Source of the DNA: Candidatus Latescibacterota bacterium
GTDB lineage: Bacteria > Latescibacterota > UBA2968 > UBA8231
Length of the DNA stretch: 64,000 nucleotides
NCBI GenBank assembly: GCA_965243025.1
Contig: CBDETY010000003.1
Location: 5,504,001-5,568,000 of the forward strand
Direction of reading: 5' to 3'
The translations under genes were made by a program, and so were the position numbers. Shown one piece after another: positions 40,997 through 49,873 of the stretch. Position 1 is the stretch's first letter; the number at the start of each line of letters is the position of its first letter. Below the pieces are notes generated by a model. The model saw only the letters and a list, made by a program, of their open reading frames with translations, did no database searches and had not been told where the DNA came from.

Positions 40997-41923
40997 CTAT
41001 CGGGACAAGCTGCTTTTGATGCGGGCCCAGGAAAGGCTTTCGACAGCAGTGGCCTCGGTACGACCGCCTGGGCCAAGAAGAATTCCTTGGGCCCAATGAT
41101 CAGACCTCCAACCTAAATCCGAACCTAAATCCCATGAGCCGTCCGGTCCGAACAAGGAGTGTAAATTGTCAGCCATGAAATGGTCCACGTCCGAATCCTT
41201 GTCCGTCATGGCCATAGCAAACCCTATCTGTTCGCCGACCGAAAGGTCCGAAGCGATGCTCTGCTCCGGGGCATCCCAGATCAATCTGTCAAACGGAGTG
41301 ACGTAGAATTCGACCACGTAGAAAATGGGCCGACTGTCCACTATGCTCCCGCCTCCATCGGCATACGGTACGTAGGTTATCCAAGGCGCCTCACCGCTCA
41401 GCAATTGCAGGCTGAGATTGCTGTCGCTCTTATAGTTTTTCGCAACCCCCCAGTATTGTTGTGCCTGTACCATCAAAATATCCCGGTTTATCATACCATT
41501 TTCATCAAATTCAATCATCGGACCACCACTTTTGTCGGCGTCGACATTAAACCATACGCTGGCCTCGGTAGGGGGAAATTTAGGATGGCGAATCCAGTAC
41601 TCCTCATTATGGACATGGATATCGTCCACCATCTCGGCGGCCACGAAAAGGTGGTTTCCGGCATCGTGCCAAGCCAACCAGATGCGAAAGTCAAACGACG
41701 ACGGGTCGTATTTCGGAAACGATGGAGGAGTGGCGAAATCCAATGGTGTCAACGTGGGCTCGCCGAGGACATCCAACCAATCTTCCACTGAGCCGTCCTT
41801 GAGGTCGATTTCAGCCAGCATCTCGTCCGTCAGTTCGATGAAGGGATAGAGGCGGCCTTCCCACTGCGCTTGGATTGAAATCGCTGTCAGCAGTAGTATG
41901 AGAAAGACGATGCGGTAAGGCAT
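40997..41923 (-). CDS. Secreted hypothetical protein (possible CBM9/DOMON-like fold) with C-terminal TAVESLSWARIKSSL motif
   Basis: Signal peptide MPYRIVFLILLLTAISIQA; 'IDLKDGSVEDW', 'IWLAWHD...LFVAAEMVDD', 'VVEFYVTPFD', 'GEQIGF...D.D'. The fold assignment is an inference. Confidence 0.75.
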   Translation of the reverse strand: MPYRIVFLILLLTAISIQAQWEGRLYPFIELTDEMLAEIDLKDGSVEDWLDVLGEPTLTPLDFATPPSFPKYDPSSFDFRIWLAWHDAGNHLFVAAEMVDDIHVHNEEYWIRHPKFPPTEASVWFNVDADKSGGPMIEFDENGMINRDILMVQAQQYWGVAKNYKSDSNLSLQLLSGEAPWITYVPYADGGGSIVDSRPIFYVVEFYVTPFDRLIWDAPEQSIASDLSVGEQIGFAMAMTDKDSDVDHFMADNLHSLFGPDGSWDLGSDLGWRSDHWAQGILLGPGGRTEATAVESLSWARIKSSLSR

Positions 41924-42131
41924 TGCTTGCATCCTTGGTGGGTTTGAGGCTTCGATGGCACGATGCGGTCGCGTGATGGCGGCCGCGGGCGCCGGCGATC
42001 TCCCGCAGGATCTCCAGGGTCCGGCGCGCCGCCTCGTTTGGGTCCCTATCCAGTGGGAGTGGTCACTCAAGGCCTTCCAGACGCAAGTGGCGGCGCCAGT
42101 GTATTTCTGACGCCTCATTTCATCTGCGCTG

Positions 42132-42566
42132 CTACCCCGATCCATCACCAGCAGCGTCGTCCGCAGGTGTGTCACCCGCGAGGTAGGTGGCGGGGCGCAG
42201 GATGTGCACGCCCTGCACTGTCTTGCCGAAGTGCGAGCCGAAGTGACGCACATCTCCGGTCAACAAGTGTGTCGCACCTGCCGCCACGGCCGCTGACCAG
42301 ACGGGCCGATCCTTGTCAGGAAGTGCGAGTGGACACGGCGCGTCAGCCGGGCCCTCCGCGACGAGTCGGACGGACATGAGGCGGCTCTCCAGCGCGGTGC
42401 GCCGCGTCGTGTCGCCGAGGTTCCGTCGCGCTTCCTCGACCACGTATTCCGACGCCACCAGCTCACATCGACCGTCCAGGGCGGCCGTCCACAGTCTCGT
42501 CGATCCCGGGCTGCCGTACGCCGCACTGGAGAGCACATTGGCGTCGAGGAAGACCCGGTCCACCAT
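42132..42566 (-). CDS. vapC: PIN-domain toxin (VapC-like)
   Basis: 'RVFLDANVL', 'SEYVVEEARRNL', 'LPDKDRPV..AA...ATHLLTGD.RHF'; ATG overlaps the antitoxin stop (TGATG). Confidence 0.85.
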   Translation of the reverse strand: MVDRVFLDANVLSSAAYGSPGSTRLWTAALDGRCELVASEYVVEEARRNLGDTTRRTALESRLMSVRLVAEGPADAPCPLALPDKDRPVWSAAVAAGATHLLTGDVRHFGSHFGKTVQGVHILRPATYLAGDTPADDAAGDGSG

Positions 42567-42859
42567 CAGCGATCGGACGGCCGTTCGTGTGCAATGTCTC
42601 CCGGGTCGAGACCCAGATCCCGAACCTGTTTGCAGGCCCACTCGTAGTCTGCGTCATCGACGGCGTTCGACAGCAGGAACTCCGCTTTGCGTTGCGCCGA
42701 GTAGCTCTCGATGGGCAGGGCAACCGCGGGCCGGATGAGGACACCGTCGTCGCGGCCATCCACGGTGACCAGCGCCCCTTCCTCCAAGCCATACCGCCTG
42801 CGCAACTGTGCGGGGATCACCACAGTCCCCCTCTTGCCCATCTTGGTCGCCACTGCCAT
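42566..42859 (-). CDS. AbrB/MazE/SpoVT-family antitoxin
   Basis: SD AAAGGAG; 'KMGKRGTVVIPAQLRRRYGLEEG...GVLIRP'. Confidence 0.9.
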   Translation of the reverse strand: MAVATKMGKRGTVVIPAQLRRRYGLEEGALVTVDGRDDGVLIRPAVALPIESYSAQRKAEFLLSNAVDDADYEWACKQVRDLGLDPGDIAHERPSDR

Positions 42860-42890
42860 GCGAGATGCTCCTTTGTCCAAATTTCTGATA

Positions 42891-42909
42891 ATCCGAATAT
42901 CGGATATTC
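42891..42909. promoter_or_regulatory. Candidate toxin-antitoxin operator
   Basis: Overlapping palindromes ATCCGA-ATA-TCGGAT (42891-42905) and GAATATC-G-GATATTC (42895-42909), about 30 bp upstream of the antitoxin. Confidence 0.65.
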
Positions 42910-43089
42910 TGCCTCAGCAGGAGGTCATGAGTCTACCGATGTTTCAGCAAGCTCGCCCGGGCGGTTGGCGTCGCCATTCTTGCAGCCCGCTCGCCTCGCC
43001 TGCTTTATTTCGCCATTACTTGCGCCCGGGGAGGCAGGGTCGCTCCGGCGCCGGCTTGGATTCCATTACACGAAACCAGCGAGACAGCC

Positions 43090-44046
43090 ATGAAACTCCT
43101 CGTGAACGCCGATCTCATCGACGTCGACGGCGCCCTCCTCGACCAGGTTCGCTCCGTGTCCGACGACCTCGAGGTGATCGTGACGACCGACGCCGGCCGC
43201 ATCGAGCAGGTGATCCCCGAAGTCGAGGTGATCCTCGGCGGAATCGGCCCCGATCTCCTCCCCAAGGCGCCGAACCTGCGCTGGGTGCAGAGCCCGGCCG
43301 CCGGCGTCGACGGCGCCCTCTACCCCGAGTTCGCCGGCAGCGGCGTCATCCTCACCAGCGCCAAAGGTTTCGTCGGCGTGCACCTCGCCGAGCACGCCAT
43401 GGGCCTGCTGCTGGCGGTCACCCGCGGCATCGGCTGGGCGGTGCGCGCCCTCGACTGGGAGGTGAAGTGGCCGATCCGCAACAGCTCCATCGAGCTGTGG
43501 GGCCTGACCATGGGGATCGTCGGCCTCGGGGGCACCGGGCGCGAACTGGCGAAAAGAGCGCGCGCCTTCGACATGCGCGTCATCGCCGTCGATCCCGAAG
43601 CCGTCGACCTCCCCGGAGAGGTCGAGGCCTGCTGGGGAATGGACCGCTTCGGCGACCTCCTCGAACAATCCGACGTCGTCGCCATCTGCGCCCCCCTGAC
43701 GCCTGAAACCGAAGGCATGTTCGACCGCGACGCCTTTCAACGCATGCGGCGCGGCGCCATCCTGGTGAACGTGACGCGCGGGGGGATTGTGGATGGACCG
43801 GCGCTGATCGAGGCGTTGGAGCAGGGGTGGATCGGCGGCGCCGGGCTGGACGTCACCCCCGAAGAGCCATTGCCGCAGGACAACCCGCTGTGGCGGATGA
43901 AGAACGTCGTCATCACCCCGCATACGGCCGGGGCTTCCCCCAACCGCGACCGGCGGGCGGTCGAGCAGTTCTGCGAGAACCTGCGCCGCTACATCGCCGG
44001 GGAGAGGCCGCTGATCGGGGAGATCGACAAGGGCAAGGGGTACTGA
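43090..44046 (+). CDS. D-2-hydroxyacid dehydrogenase
   Basis: 'LRWVQSPAAGVD', 'GIVGLGGTG', 'PLTPETEGMF', 'NVTRG', 'LDVTPEEPL', 'ITPHTAG'. Confidence 0.93.
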   Translation: MKLLVNADLIDVDGALLDQVRSVSDDLEVIVTTDAGRIEQVIPEVEVILGGIGPDLLPKAPNLRWVQSPAAGVDGALYPEFAGSGVILTSAKGFVGVHLAEHAMGLLLAVTRGIGWAVRALDWEVKWPIRNSSIELWGLTMGIVGLGGTGRELAKRARAFDMRVIAVDPEAVDLPGEVEACWGMDRFGDLLEQSDVVAICAPLTPETEGMFDRDAFQRMRRGAILVNVTRGGIVDGPALIEALEQGWIGGAGLDVTPEEPLPQDNPLWRMKNVVITPHTAGASPNRDRRAVEQFCENLRRYIAGERPLIGEIDKGKGY

Positions 44047-44050
44047 AGAC

Positions 44051-44896
44051 ATGGCGCCAACCGTCGGCATCTCGAGCCCCGGGGAGATGGGCCACGCCGT
44101 CGCCAGGGTCTTGGTCGATCGCGGCCTGCCGGTGATCGCCTGCCTCGAGGGCCGCAGCGAACGCTCGCTCGCTCGCGCCGATACGGCCGGAATCGAGGCG
44201 GTTCCCACCCTCGCCGAGGTCGCGCGGCGGGCGGATCTCTTCCTGTCGATCCTGCCGCCGGCGCACGCCCGCGAGATGGCGCGGCAGGTCGCCGCCGCCG
44301 GCGAGCCGATCACTTACGTCGACTGCAACGCCGTCTCCCCGGCGACCGCGGCCGCCATCGGTGCAACCGCGGAAGCGGCGGGTCTCACTTTCATTGACGC
44401 CGGCATCGTCGGCCCCCCGCCCATGAAGGAAGGAACCACCCGTTTCTACGCCTCCGGAGAGCGGGTGGAGGAGTTCGCGGAACTGTCGCGGTACGGCCTC
44501 GACGTGCGCGTGGTCGGCGGCGAGATCGGCCAGGCCTCCGGCCTGAAGATGTGCTACGCGTCGCAGACCAAGGGGCGCTACGCCATCTTCATCGAGTCCC
44601 TGGTGGCCGCCCGCCGCCTCGGCTGTTACGACCTGCTCGTCGAAGAGCTGAAGATGAGCCAGGCGGCGACCTTGGCCGACACCGAAAAATCGGTTCCGAA
44701 CATCCCGTCGAAAGCGGGCCGCTGGATCGCCGAAATGGAGGAGATTGCCGCGACCTTCGCCGAGGCCGGCATGACGGACCGCCTGTTCCACGGCGTCGCC
44801 GACATGTACCGCGCCATCGACGGCGCCGATCCGGATGCCTTGAGCGGGGTCGAGCTCGAGCAGCTCATCGCGCGGCTCGCCCGCGACATGGATTGA
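44051..44896 (+). CDS. NAD(P)-dependent oxidoreductase, 6PGD-like with DUF1932-type C-terminus
   Basis: 'VGISSPGEMG', 'YVDCNAVSP', 'DAGIVGPPP', 'ASGLKMCYA..TKG', 'AGRWIAEMEEIA'. Confidence 0.87.
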   Translation: MAPTVGISSPGEMGHAVARVLVDRGLPVIACLEGRSERSLARADTAGIEAVPTLAEVARRADLFLSILPPAHAREMARQVAAAGEPITYVDCNAVSPATAAAIGATAEAAGLTFIDAGIVGPPPMKEGTTRFYASGERVEEFAELSRYGLDVRVVGGEIGQASGLKMCYASQTKGRYAIFIESLVAARRLGCYDLLVEELKMSQAATLADTEKSVPNIPSKAGRWIAEMEEIAATFAEAGMTDRLFHGVADMYRAIDGADPDALSGVELEQLIARLARDMD

Positions 44897-45064
44897 TGGT
44901 GGCGGGCAAACCCGGGCGAGCTCTGACACGACCGAGATCGCTCGCGGTTACAGTGACGGCCCGGGGCGCGGTGTGCCACCGCGTACCCCGGGAGCGACGG
45001 GCTTTGCCCCGCCGGCGGGCACTCGCTACGTAAGCTGGACCCATCGCCTTTGACCGCCAATCTG

Positions 45065-46465
45065 CTAATGCTGTTTCACCTTCTGCAGGAGCGTTTCCAT
45101 TCTCTCTCTGGTCTTGAAATTGGACTCCTTCGCCATCGCCTCCTCTACCATCTTTGCCGGGACATAGTCGGCCCACGCCCACAACTCATAGGCTGCCCGC
45201 GAGCGGACGCGTCGGGCCGGATCTCTCAGCTTCTTCAAGGCCAGGGCGACGAGCTCCCTGCTTCTCCCGGAGTGCTTCATAGCGAGACGTAGAACATCGA
45301 CGACGGCACCGGCCCGCGCGCTGGCACTTCCGCTCGCGAGTCCCTCCTCACAGCGGGAGAGTTGGGAATCGAAGCCGCCATGGCTGATCCTCGGGGCCTC
45401 TCCGGACTGCTGGTGAAGCACCTCCCTCAGAAGGTTCTCCTTGTCTTTGCGGACGATGCGGTTAGGCTCTTCGAGCATGGCACAGGCTGCCTTGTCAAGT
45501 GGTACGTCCGCCGCCCAGTCCCCCAGGTATGATACCGCGCGTTGACGAACCTGTTTCGCTCGATCGAAGAGGAGACTGACGACAAGGGGAACAATCTCCG
45601 TGCGGATGACCTCCGGTTTGCAGGGCAGATGACAGAGTGCCAGAATCGTACCGAACCTTACCTCCCGGTTGGCATCGGATAATCCTCGTTTGACGATCTC
45701 GAGGGCCGGGTGGTTCGGGTCGTCTTCGGCGAAGGAGGCGGCATAGTACGCCGCCATTCGTCTGGTTTTTGGCCTGGGGGCTTCGAGGGCTCTGTCGAAG
45801 CCTTCGATAGCTGCACCCGCACCGAGACGCCGGAGCTCGCGATAGACGTCATAGGAATGGGCATCATGCCGGGAAAGCGCCTTGAGGACTCGCTGCGTCA
45901 GGTCCTCCCCGGGTCCCTCGGATGCAAGTGTCGTTTCAACCATTTCCATATCTCGCTTTAACGACTTCCGTCCATGATGCAGTCGCGCCTTGACAGTCCC
46001 GATCGGTGCAGTCTGAATCCGAGCGATCTCCACAATGGAATAACCGCTCAGGTAGTGGAGCGTGATCGTTTCCCGTTGGGCCGGACCCAGTCGCGCGACG
46101 GCAGCGATCACCTGATCTCGCAACTCGTTGCCCTTCAACGCCCTGTGCATCTCTGCATACTGCGGATCGTTGGCGATCTGCTCGACGTCGATACTATCCC
46201 TCCGCCGCCGGAGCCAATCGATGCTCTTGTTGATCGCCATCGTTCGCAACCATGCGCCCAGCCGCGCGGGGTCCTTTAATCGATCGAGCTGAAGGAAGGC
46301 GTCCACGAATACTGACTGGGCAATGTCCTCCGCCTCGTGGAAGTCACTCACCCTCGCCAGGGTCACGCCGAACACGGCACTCTGGTACCGTCTCACAATC
46401 GGATCGAACGCTTCAGGTCCCTTCGCCAGGGCAGCCGCGACAAGTGCTTCGTCCTTCATGGTCAC
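45065..46465 (-). CDS. ECF sigma-70 factor with C-terminal HEAT-like extension
   Basis: Sigma2 'AEDIAQSVF...L..LKDP...AWLRTMA.N...DWLRR', sigma4 'LHYLSGYSIVEIA.....PIGTVKARL', then repeats 'LSDANREVR', 'LFDRAKQVRQRA', 'LRDPARRVRSRA'. Start is GTG 46465 or ATG 46459; the track uses 46483. Confidence 0.88.
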   Translation of the reverse strand: MTMKDEALVAAALAKGPEAFDPIVRRYQSAVFGVTLARVSDFHEAEDIAQSVFVDAFLQLDRLKDPARLGAWLRTMAINKSIDWLRRRRDSIDVEQIANDPQYAEMHRALKGNELRDQVIAAVARLGPAQRETITLHYLSGYSIVEIARIQTAPIGTVKARLHHGRKSLKRDMEMVETTLASEGPGEDLTQRVLKALSRHDAHSYDVYRELRRLGAGAAIEGFDRALEAPRPKTRRMAAYYAASFAEDDPNHPALEIVKRGLSDANREVRFGTILALCHLPCKPEVIRTEIVPLVVSLLFDRAKQVRQRAVSYLGDWAADVPLDKAACAMLEEPNRIVRKDKENLLREVLHQQSGEAPRISHGGFDSQLSRCEEGLASGSASARAGAVVDVLRLAMKHSGRSRELVALALKKLRDPARRVRSRAAYELWAWADYVPAKMVEEAMAKESNFKTRERMETLLQKVKQH

Positions 46466-46487
46466 CGGATCGACCTCTACCATACCT

Positions 46488-46513
46488 GTCGCATCAGGGG
46501 TCCAAAAGGTTGC
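46488..46513 (-). promoter_or_regulatory. Candidate ECF autoregulatory promoter
   Basis: GCAACC-N16-CGAC directly upstream of the ECF gene, matching the general AAC...CG(T/A) ECF pattern. Confidence 0.65.
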
Positions 46514-46825
46514 CTTGCTGGTTGAGGGCAGGCTTCGTCCGCATGCGCACCTGAGTTGGGGGCAACACCGACATCGGCAGGCTCTCTGTGCCCTCGCAGG
46601 GTATTTCTCATCTGTTGTCGTTCATTCAAATTTGGCATGGACACGCAGCGATCAGCCAGAGAAAAGCAGTGGCGAATTGTTGGGTTGTTATCGGTTGCGT
46701 CCGATCCTGCCCGGCGGCGGGATGCAAACCACGGAGCGGGATTCCGGGACATACCCGCCGAGACCGAGTGAGCAGCCGCAGGACTGCCTGAAAATGTCGA
46801 GGCATTCTCGCGAAAGGGAAGTGAA

Positions 46826-47731
46826 GTGAACCGGTTGGCTCTCCTGTCGGAGACGAAGTGGTGGGCCCAGCTGCTGATCCTGCCCAGCCTCCTGCTGCTG
46901 TTCGCCATCCTCGTCTACCCGATCGGATCGGGGATTCTCCTCAGCTTCAAGGAGATGCGGCTGACGCGGCCCGACCTCGGGGTCCCCTTCGTCGGCCTGC
47001 GGCACTACGTCGAGTTGGCCGGCGATCCGGTGTTCCGCGCCGCCGCTTTCAACACCCTCGTCTGGGTCGCCGCGGGAACCGCCACCCAACTCGCTCTCGG
47101 GATGGTGACCGCCCTGGGGCTGAACCGCGGCCTGCAGCGGGCGCTGCCCGGGATGCGGTGGGCCCGCGTGGCCGTGCTGCTGCCCTGGGTCATGCCTTCG
47201 GTGGTGGCCGGGCACATGTGGGCCCTGATGCTCGATTCCAGGCTGGGGGTGATCAACGATCTGCTGGTGCGCCTCGGCATACTGGTCGACTACCACCCCT
47301 TCTTCGCCGACCCGGACACGGCGATGCCGGCGGTGCTGGCCGTCGCCCTGTGGGGATCCTTTCCGTTCTTCACCCTCTTCCTGCTGGCGGGGCTCCAGGG
47401 CATCCCCGACGAGCTCTACGAGGCGGCCGATGTCGACGGCGCCGGCCTCTGGCTGCAGTTCCGCACCATCACCCTGCCCCTGCTGATGCCCATCGTCGTG
47501 GCCACCGTCGTGCTCCGCGTCATCGGCATGGTCAACGCCCCCGACCTGCTGGTGGTGCTCACCGGCGGCGGACCCGGCCACGCCACCCAGGTGCTGTCCC
47601 TCTACGCCTTCCAGAAGGCCTACGCCGAGTTCGACTTCGGGTACGCCGCGGCCCTGTCGGTGGTGATGCTCCTGCTGCTGATGGCCTTCACCGTCGTCTA
47701 CGTGCGCGTCTCCGGGGTGATGGAGGAATAG
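46826..47731 (+). CDS. Carbohydrate ABC transporter permease
   Basis: 'FVGLRHY', 'LLPWVMPSVV', EAA loop 'LAGLQGIPDELYEAADVDGA'. Confidence 0.93.
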   Translation: MNRLALLSETKWWAQLLILPSLLLLFAILVYPIGSGILLSFKEMRLTRPDLGVPFVGLRHYVELAGDPVFRAAAFNTLVWVAAGTATQLALGMVTALGLNRGLQRALPGMRWARVAVLLPWVMPSVVAGHMWALMLDSRLGVINDLLVRLGILVDYHPFFADPDTAMPAVLAVALWGSFPFFTLFLLAGLQGIPDELYEAADVDGAGLWLQFRTITLPLLMPIVVATVVLRVIGMVNAPDLLVVLTGGGPGHATQVLSLYAFQKAYAEFDFGYAAALSVVMLLLLMAFTVVYVRVSGVMEE

Positions 47732-48579
47732 TGCGGTTCCGCTCCCGAAAGCGCACCGACAGGCTCCTCGACCTGCTGACCGTGCTGCTGATCGCGGCGA
47801 CGGCCCTGTTCTCGCTCTTCCCGCTCGCCTGGACCTTCCTGACCTCCCTCAAGCGCGAGGAGGACATCGTCACCCGCGTCCTCCAGTACGTGCCGCGGCG
47901 GGTCACCTTCGACAACTACGCGACCCTTTGGGAGCAGTCGGACTTTCCCGTCCTCGTCGCCAACAGCGCCGTGGTCACGGCGATCACCTGCCTGATCTGC
48001 CTCGCCGTCGGCATCCTGGCGGCCTACAGCTTTTCGCGCTACCGCTTCCGGGGCCGCGACCGCCTGCTGATTTTCTACCTCGTGGTCCGCATGTTTCCGG
48101 TCGTGCTGCTGATCATCCCGCTGTTCGTGATGATGCGCGACCTCGGACTGCTCGATACCCGCTTCGGGCTGGCGCTGGCGTACACCGCGTTCCTGGTGCC
48201 GCTGTGCATCTGGATGCTCAAGGGGTTCTTCGACGCGATTCCGGCCGAGCTCGAGGACGCCGCCCGCATCGACGGCTGCACCCGCCTGGGGGCGCTCTGG
48301 CGAATCGTGCTGCCGCTGGCCCGCCCCGGCCTGGCGACGACGGCGGTGTTCGTAGCCATCGCCGCCTGGAACGAGTTCCTGTTCGCCATGATGATGACCA
48401 CGAGCCAGGGCTCGCGCACCTGGCCGGTCGGACTGCAGCTGATGGTGGGGGAGTTCCAGCTGCCGTGGGGGCCGCTCAGCGCCGGCGGCATCGTCACCGT
48501 CGTCCCGATCCTGCTGTTCTTCGCGGTCGTGCAGCGGTCGCTGATCCGCGGCCTGACCTCGGGGGCGGTCAAAGGATAG
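47731..48579 (+). CDS. Carbohydrate ABC transporter permease
   Basis: GTG start overlaps the previous stop; 'AAYSFSRYRFRG', 'FFDAIPAELEDAARIDG', 'AWNEFLFA', C-terminal GLTSGAVKG. Confidence 0.93.
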   Translation: MRFRSRKRTDRLLDLLTVLLIAATALFSLFPLAWTFLTSLKREEDIVTRVLQYVPRRVTFDNYATLWEQSDFPVLVANSAVVTAITCLICLAVGILAAYSFSRYRFRGRDRLLIFYLVVRMFPVVLLIIPLFVMMRDLGLLDTRFGLALAYTAFLVPLCIWMLKGFFDAIPAELEDAARIDGCTRLGALWRIVLPLARPGLATTAVFVAIAAWNEFLFAMMMTTSQGSRTWPVGLQLMVGEFQLPWGPLSAGGIVTVVPILLFFAVVQRSLIRGLTSGAVKG

Positions 48580-48586
48580 GAGAGAG

Positions 48587-49873
48587 ATGTCGATTTCCGG
48601 GCGCGGCTGGAACCGCCGCGAATTCATCCAGACCACCGGTCTGGCGACTACCGCTCTGTCGGGCGCGGGTCTGGGTCTGGCGGCTTGCGGCGACGACAGT
48701 GGACAGCAGGCATCAGGCCCCCGCATCAACTACTGGCACCATTTCACCAATCAGACCGAGATGAAGGGTCTGCGGGAGGTGATGGCGATGTTCTCCAGCG
48801 AGCACCCCGGCATCGAGCTGACGCAGGAGAACATCCCCAACAAGGACTTCATGGCGAAGTTCACCGCCGCGGTGCAGGCCGGCACGCGCCCGCACACGAC
48901 GATGGTGACCAGCGACCGACTGGGGAACATGGTGGCCATGGGCGGGCTCGTCGACCTGGCCGACCGCGTCGACCGCTGGGAGCTGAAGGCGCACTTCCCC
49001 GAGGACCGCTGGGCGGGAGTTTCGGTCGGCGACGCGGTGTACGGCGTTCCCGCCTTCGCCTTCGTCGACTGGATGTACTACCGCAGGGACTGGTTCGAGG
49101 AGGCGGGGATCGCCGGACCGCCGGCGACCCTGGAGGAATTCCAGGAAGCGGCCATCAAGTTGACTGATCCGGCGCGGGGGCGTTACGGCTTCGGCATGCG
49201 CGCCGGGGACGGCGGCCACAACCACGTCGTCGACATGATCGAAGCCTTCGGGTCCCCCATCGTGGCCGGGGGAAAGCCGGCCATCGATGCGGCAAAAGCG
49301 GCCGACGCCCTGCGCTTCTACTCAGAGCTCTACACCCTTCACAAGGTGGTGCCGCCGAGCGCCCCGAACGACAGCTACCGCCAGATCATGGAGGCGTTCC
49401 GCACCGGCCAGACCGGGATGCTGTGGCACGGCACCGGATCGCTGACCGAGGTGCAGCGCTCGCTGGGCCCCGGGCAGTTCATGACCGCCCTGAAACCGGC
49501 CGGCCCTGAGGCCATGGTCTCGCGTCTGGGATATCTCTACAACGGGCTGATGAAGGAGGAGGACGCCGAGGCCTCCTGGGACTGGGTGAGCTACTGGGGG
49601 CGGGTCGATCCCACCGTGAGGTTCATGGAGATCACCGGGTACTTCCCGGCATCGGCGCAGGTGGCGGCGGACCCGCGGGTCACGGGCAACCCGTATTTCG
49701 CCGTCGCCGTGAAAGCGGTTAAACGCGGCCGGCTGCCGCTGCAGTTCGTCGGCGCCGAGGCCTGGGGCCGGCATACGGTCCTGCCGGCGTTTCAGAAGAT
49801 CCTCACCGGGGATTCGACCCCCGGACAGGCGGTCGACGAGATCGCCGAAGGGCTCGACCGGATTCTCAGCTGA
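48587..49873 (+). CDS. Sugar ABC substrate-binding lipoprotein (Tat signal)
   Basis: NRREFIQ twin-arginine motif and LAAC lipobox; 'YGVP', 'YYRRDWFEEAG', 'FRTGQTGM'. Confidence 0.92.
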   Translation: MSISGRGWNRREFIQTTGLATTALSGAGLGLAACGDDSGQQASGPRINYWHHFTNQTEMKGLREVMAMFSSEHPGIELTQENIPNKDFMAKFTAAVQAGTRPHTTMVTSDRLGNMVAMGGLVDLADRVDRWELKAHFPEDRWAGVSVGDAVYGVPAFAFVDWMYYRRDWFEEAGIAGPPATLEEFQEAAIKLTDPARGRYGFGMRAGDGGHNHVVDMIEAFGSPIVAGGKPAIDAAKAADALRFYSELYTLHKVVPPSAPNDSYRQIMEAFRTGQTGMLWHGTGSLTEVQRSLGPGQFMTALKPAGPEAMVSRLGYLYNGLMKEEDAEASWDWVSYWGRVDPTVRFMEITGYFPASAQVAADPRVTGNPYFAVAVKAVKRGRLPLQFVGAEAWGRHTVLPAFQKILTGDSTPGQAVDEIAEGLDRILS

